A DNA stretch of 64,000 nucleotides from an uncultured Comamonadaceae bacterium. GTDB lineage: Bacteria; Pseudomonadota; Gammaproteobacteria; Burkholderiales; Burkholderiaceae_C. The stretch's first letter is position 1; each line of letters begins with the position of its first letter. The stretch lies in the NCBI GenBank assembly GCA_963933825.1, contig CAWVVY010000001.1, positions 78,797-142,796 on the forward strand, read 5' to 3'. A program made the translations under genes and the position numbers. Of this stretch, positions 61,511 through 64,000 are shown in pieces. The notes beneath the pieces are model-generated. The model had not been told where the DNA came from. It ran no database searches and saw nothing but the letters and a program-made list of their open reading frames with translations.

Positions 61511-63298
61511 GTGACTAACAATCCATTTTTATCAAATTGGGTTAAAAGCGGTGCAGACGGAAAGCTGAGACCGCCCGGCTCGGCATCGTTTGTTGCCGGC
61601 CCAACGGATGTGTCTTTACATTTCATGACTATTCCGCAACTGTTGGACCGCACCGTCTCACTCTATGGCTCGCGGGACGCAGCGGTTTTTGTTTCGCAAA
61701 ATCAACGTCTCAGTTGGTATGACCTAAAAAAACAGGCCGACGACATGGCGGCTGCCTTGCTATCTATGGGCATACGGCGTGGTAACCGTGTCGGTATTTG
61801 GGCTCCAAATCGGCTGGAATGGTTGCTGACTCAATTTGCCACGGCCCGTATTGGTGCGGTGCTGGTCAATATAAATCCCGCTTACAAAAGCAGCGAACTC
61901 GAGTACGCCCTTAATAAGGTCCGCTGCCGAATGCTAGTAATGGCGCGCGGCCACAAAAACAATAATTACTTGGACATACTTCGTGAACTGGCACCTGAAA
62001 TTGATAGGCCTGGCCAGGCAGGTGATTTGACATCACTTCGGCTGGAACATCTGAAGCACGTCATCTTGTTAGACGAACTTTCATTGTCTGCACATGACGC
62101 AGCTAAGCTGCCGGTTCCCGTGCGTGCCATGCGTTTTTTTGACTTTCTACGCCAGGCCGGTCCTGCGCACCACGCGCGCTTAAAGGGTTTGTCCGCTGAA
62201 CTTGACCCAGACGAGGCGATCAACATTCAGTTCACCAGCGGCACCACGGGTAACCCGAAGGGGGCAACTTTGTCTCACTTCAATATTGTCAATAACGCTA
62301 GGTTTGCGGCAAAGTCTATGGCGTTGACTCATATTGACCGCATGTGTATACCAGTGCCGCTTTATCACTGCTTTGGTATGGTACTCGGGGTACTTTCATG
62401 CACCGCTGTGGGTGCTGCCATGGTATTCCCAGGAGAAGGATTTGATGCAGCTGCAACCCTCCAGTCTTTACAAAAGCAGCGTTGCACTGCACTGCACGGC
62501 GTTCCGACCATGTTCATCGCCATGTTGGCTGAACCCACGATTAGTAATCTCGACTTTAGTGCTTTAAGAACAGGCATCATGGCCGGAGCGCCGTGTCCTG
62601 TCGAAACTATGCGGGCGGTTATGCGCACGCTAAACATGACCCAAATTACCATTGGTTATGGCATGACCGAAACCTCACCGATTTCTTTTCAGTCTCACAT
62701 ATCCGACCCGGTCGAGCGCCGTGTATCTACTGTCGGCCGCATCCAGCCGCATGTGCAGGCCAAGGTGATTGACGAACATGGACGAATGGTATCAGTCGGA
62801 ACGCCGGGCGAATTGTGTGTTCGAGGTTACCTAGTAATGCGTTCGTATTGGGAAGATGCCGGGCAGACTGCTGAGACAATTGATGAGTCTGGCTGGTTGC
62901 GCACTGGCGACCTAGCAACCATAGATGCCGAAGGTTATTGCAATATCGTCGGTCGCGTTAAGGATATGTTGATTCGCGGCGGCGAAAATGTCTTCCCGCA
63001 AGAAATTGAAAACCTCCTGATGCTGCACCCCAAGGTTCTTGATGCGCAGGTGTTCGGGGTTCCAGATGTTAAATACGGAGAAGAAATCACCGCTTGGTTG
63101 ATCCTTCGACCTGGTCAGTCCGCTGAGCCCGAAGAGTTTGTGGAGTTTTGCCGTGCCCGAATGGCTTATCACAAGGTACCGCGTTATGTGCGTTTTGTGA
63201 GGGAGTTTCCGCTCACAGCCACGGGAAAACCTCAAAAATACCTGATGCGTCAAAGTATGATTACAGAACTCGGTTTACACGTACGACAGACGGCCTGA
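61511..63298 (+). CDS. AMP-dependent acyl-CoA synthetase/ligase (medium-chain, ACSF2-like)
   Basis: GTG start preceded by AGGAA. Motifs IQFTSGTTGNPKGATLSH, GYGMTETSP, TGDLA and ...GKPQK. Confidence 0.88.
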   Translation: MTNNPFLSNWVKSGADGKLRPPGSASFVAGPTDVSLHFMTIPQLLDRTVSLYGSRDAAVFVSQNQRLSWYDLKKQADDMAAALLSMGIRRGNRVGIWAPNRLEWLLTQFATARIGAVLVNINPAYKSSELEYALNKVRCRMLVMARGHKNNNYLDILRELAPEIDRPGQAGDLTSLRLEHLKHVILLDELSLSAHDAAKLPVPVRAMRFFDFLRQAGPAHHARLKGLSAELDPDEAINIQFTSGTTGNPKGATLSHFNIVNNARFAAKSMALTHIDRMCIPVPLYHCFGMVLGVLSCTAVGAAMVFPGEGFDAAATLQSLQKQRCTALHGVPTMFIAMLAEPTISNLDFSALRTGIMAGAPCPVETMRAVMRTLNMTQITIGYGMTETSPISFQSHISDPVERRVSTVGRIQPHVQAKVIDEHGRMVSVGTPGELCVRGYLVMRSYWEDAGQTAETIDESGWLRTGDLATIDAEGYCNIVGRVKDMLIRGGENVFPQEIENLLMLHPKVLDAQVFGVPDVKYGEEITAWLILRPGQSAEPEEFVEFCRARMAYHKVPRYVRFVREFPLTATGKPQKYLMRQSMITELGLHVRQTA

Positions 63299-63321
63299 GT
63301 CATATTAAAAGAAAGAATAAC

Positions 63322-64000
63322 GTGACAGAAGATCAACTGGCTTTTCTGGACGCTTATGCGTTGGCTGGCTTGTTACATAGTAAACAACTGTCACCTGTTG
63401 AAGTCACGCAGATGATGCTGAGTCGTATCGAACGCGTCGACAAGACCTTCCTCTCCTACGCCACAATTACCTATGAAACAGCCCTAGCACAGGCGCGTTT
63501 GGCCGAGGCTATGATCATGCGCCGCCAAATACTCAGCCCTCTTCACGGGGTTCCTATCGCATTGAAGGACCTGTGTTTTACTCAGGGTATAGTCACCGCA
63601 GCCGGAATGCCGATGATGCGCGATTTTGTTCCCGTTTATGATGGAACCGTGGTGAAAAGACTACGAGAAGCAGGCACGGTGCTGCTGGGTAAGCTGACCA
63701 TGACTGAGGCTGCCTTCGCCGACCACCACCCCGACGTACCGCCACCGATTAATCCGTGGCATAGAGACCACTGGTCTGGCGCATCATCAAGCGGTTCCGG
63801 GGTGGCTGTAGCTGCCGGTTTGTGCTTTGCTGCCATTGGTACTGACACAGGTGGTTCGATTCGATTCCCCTCTGCAGCTAATGGCGTAACTGGCCTCAAG
63901 CCGACTTGGGCACGGGTTCCTGTGTACGGTGCTTTCGAATTGGCAGCTTCGTTGGACCACATCGGACCAATGGCTAGAACAGCGATCGACTGCGGTCATA
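63322..64000 (+). CDS. Amidase-signature family hydrolase (GatA-like), N-terminal part; continues beyond window
   Basis: My own translation from GTG 63322: VTEDQLAFLDAY...GVPIALKDL...WSGASSSGSGVAV...GTDTGGSIRFPSAANG...LDHIGPMAR. The frame is open to the window end. It is not in the ORF track because there is no stop. Confidence 0.85.
   Translation, partial: MTEDQLAFLDAYALAGLLHSKQLSPVEVTQMMLSRIERVDKTFLSYATITYETALAQARLAEAMIMRRQILSPLHGVPIALKDLCFTQGIVTAAGMPMMRDFVPVYDGTVVKRLREAGTVLLGKLTMTEAAFADHHPDVPPPINPWHRDHWSGASSSGSGVAVAAGLCFAAIGTDTGGSIRFPSAANGVTGLKPTWARVPVYGAFELAASLDHIGPMARTAIDCGH

Larger units (their letters stand above)
52745..64000. other. Candidate tRNA-Ser-adjacent accessory region (genomic-island-like); right end lies outside window
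   Basis: Composition and codon usage shift abruptly after tRNA-Ser. Hand counts of single 60-nt lines gave 37-48% GC at 53.3-57.3 kb, against 57-60% in the core. The gene content is accessory and paralogous to the core urt genes. No integrase was seen. Confidence 0.5.

Noticed and set aside
1-64000. Search for defence systems, toxin-antitoxin pairs, prophage, IS elements or rRNA
   Set aside because: No nuclease/helicase/methylase-type accessory genes, transposases, integrases or phage structural genes were recognisable in any frame. Every large ORF has a metabolic or housekeeping assignment.

Overview
The sequence looks like a betaproteobacterial chromosome. My guess is Burkholderiales or Comamonadaceae, based only on gene order and protein sequences. 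It is densely coded, and a few hand-counted 60-nt lines give about 57-60% GC.

Positions 1-52.7 kb are ordinary core genome, in this order:
- Purine-salvage cluster: BMP-type ABC importer, adenine/adenosine deaminase, guanine deaminase.
- dcd, rhlE, apaH, a CorC/HlyC-family protein and an orphan NusG/RfaH paralog.
- Complete urea system: urtABCDE running head-on into ureD-A-J-B-C-E-F-G. Each operon has a sigma-54-type promoter match upstream.
- gabD, alaS, ispH with an FKBP isomerase, radC and an Smr protein.
- Conserved block accD-trpA-trpB-trpF-truA-fimV-asd ... leuB-leuD-leuC. A small MerR-regulator/CDF-transporter cassette interrupts it between asd and leuB.
- tRNA-Arg(ACG), greB, azlCD, spoT-rpoZ-gmk, yicC, rph, rdgB, hemW.

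The character changes after tRNA-Ser(UGA) at 52657-52744. A 560-nt non-coding stretch is followed by lower-GC, AT-rich-codon genes that run to the window edge:
- an orphan flotillin/SPFH protein;
- a second, paralogous urea/short-chain-amide-type ABC importer (binding protein with a twin-arginine motif, two permeases, two ATPases);
- an acyl-CoA ligase;
- two amidase-signature hydrolases.

The most unusual feature is that the second ATPase is fused in frame to an amidase (835 aa) through a low-complexity linker. I read this accessory region as a candidate module for amide import, hydrolysis and CoA activation. That is the best candidate for something not yet described. I could not check novelty without database searches. 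I saw no integrase or other mobility gene, and no CRISPR array, rRNA or recognisable defence system.
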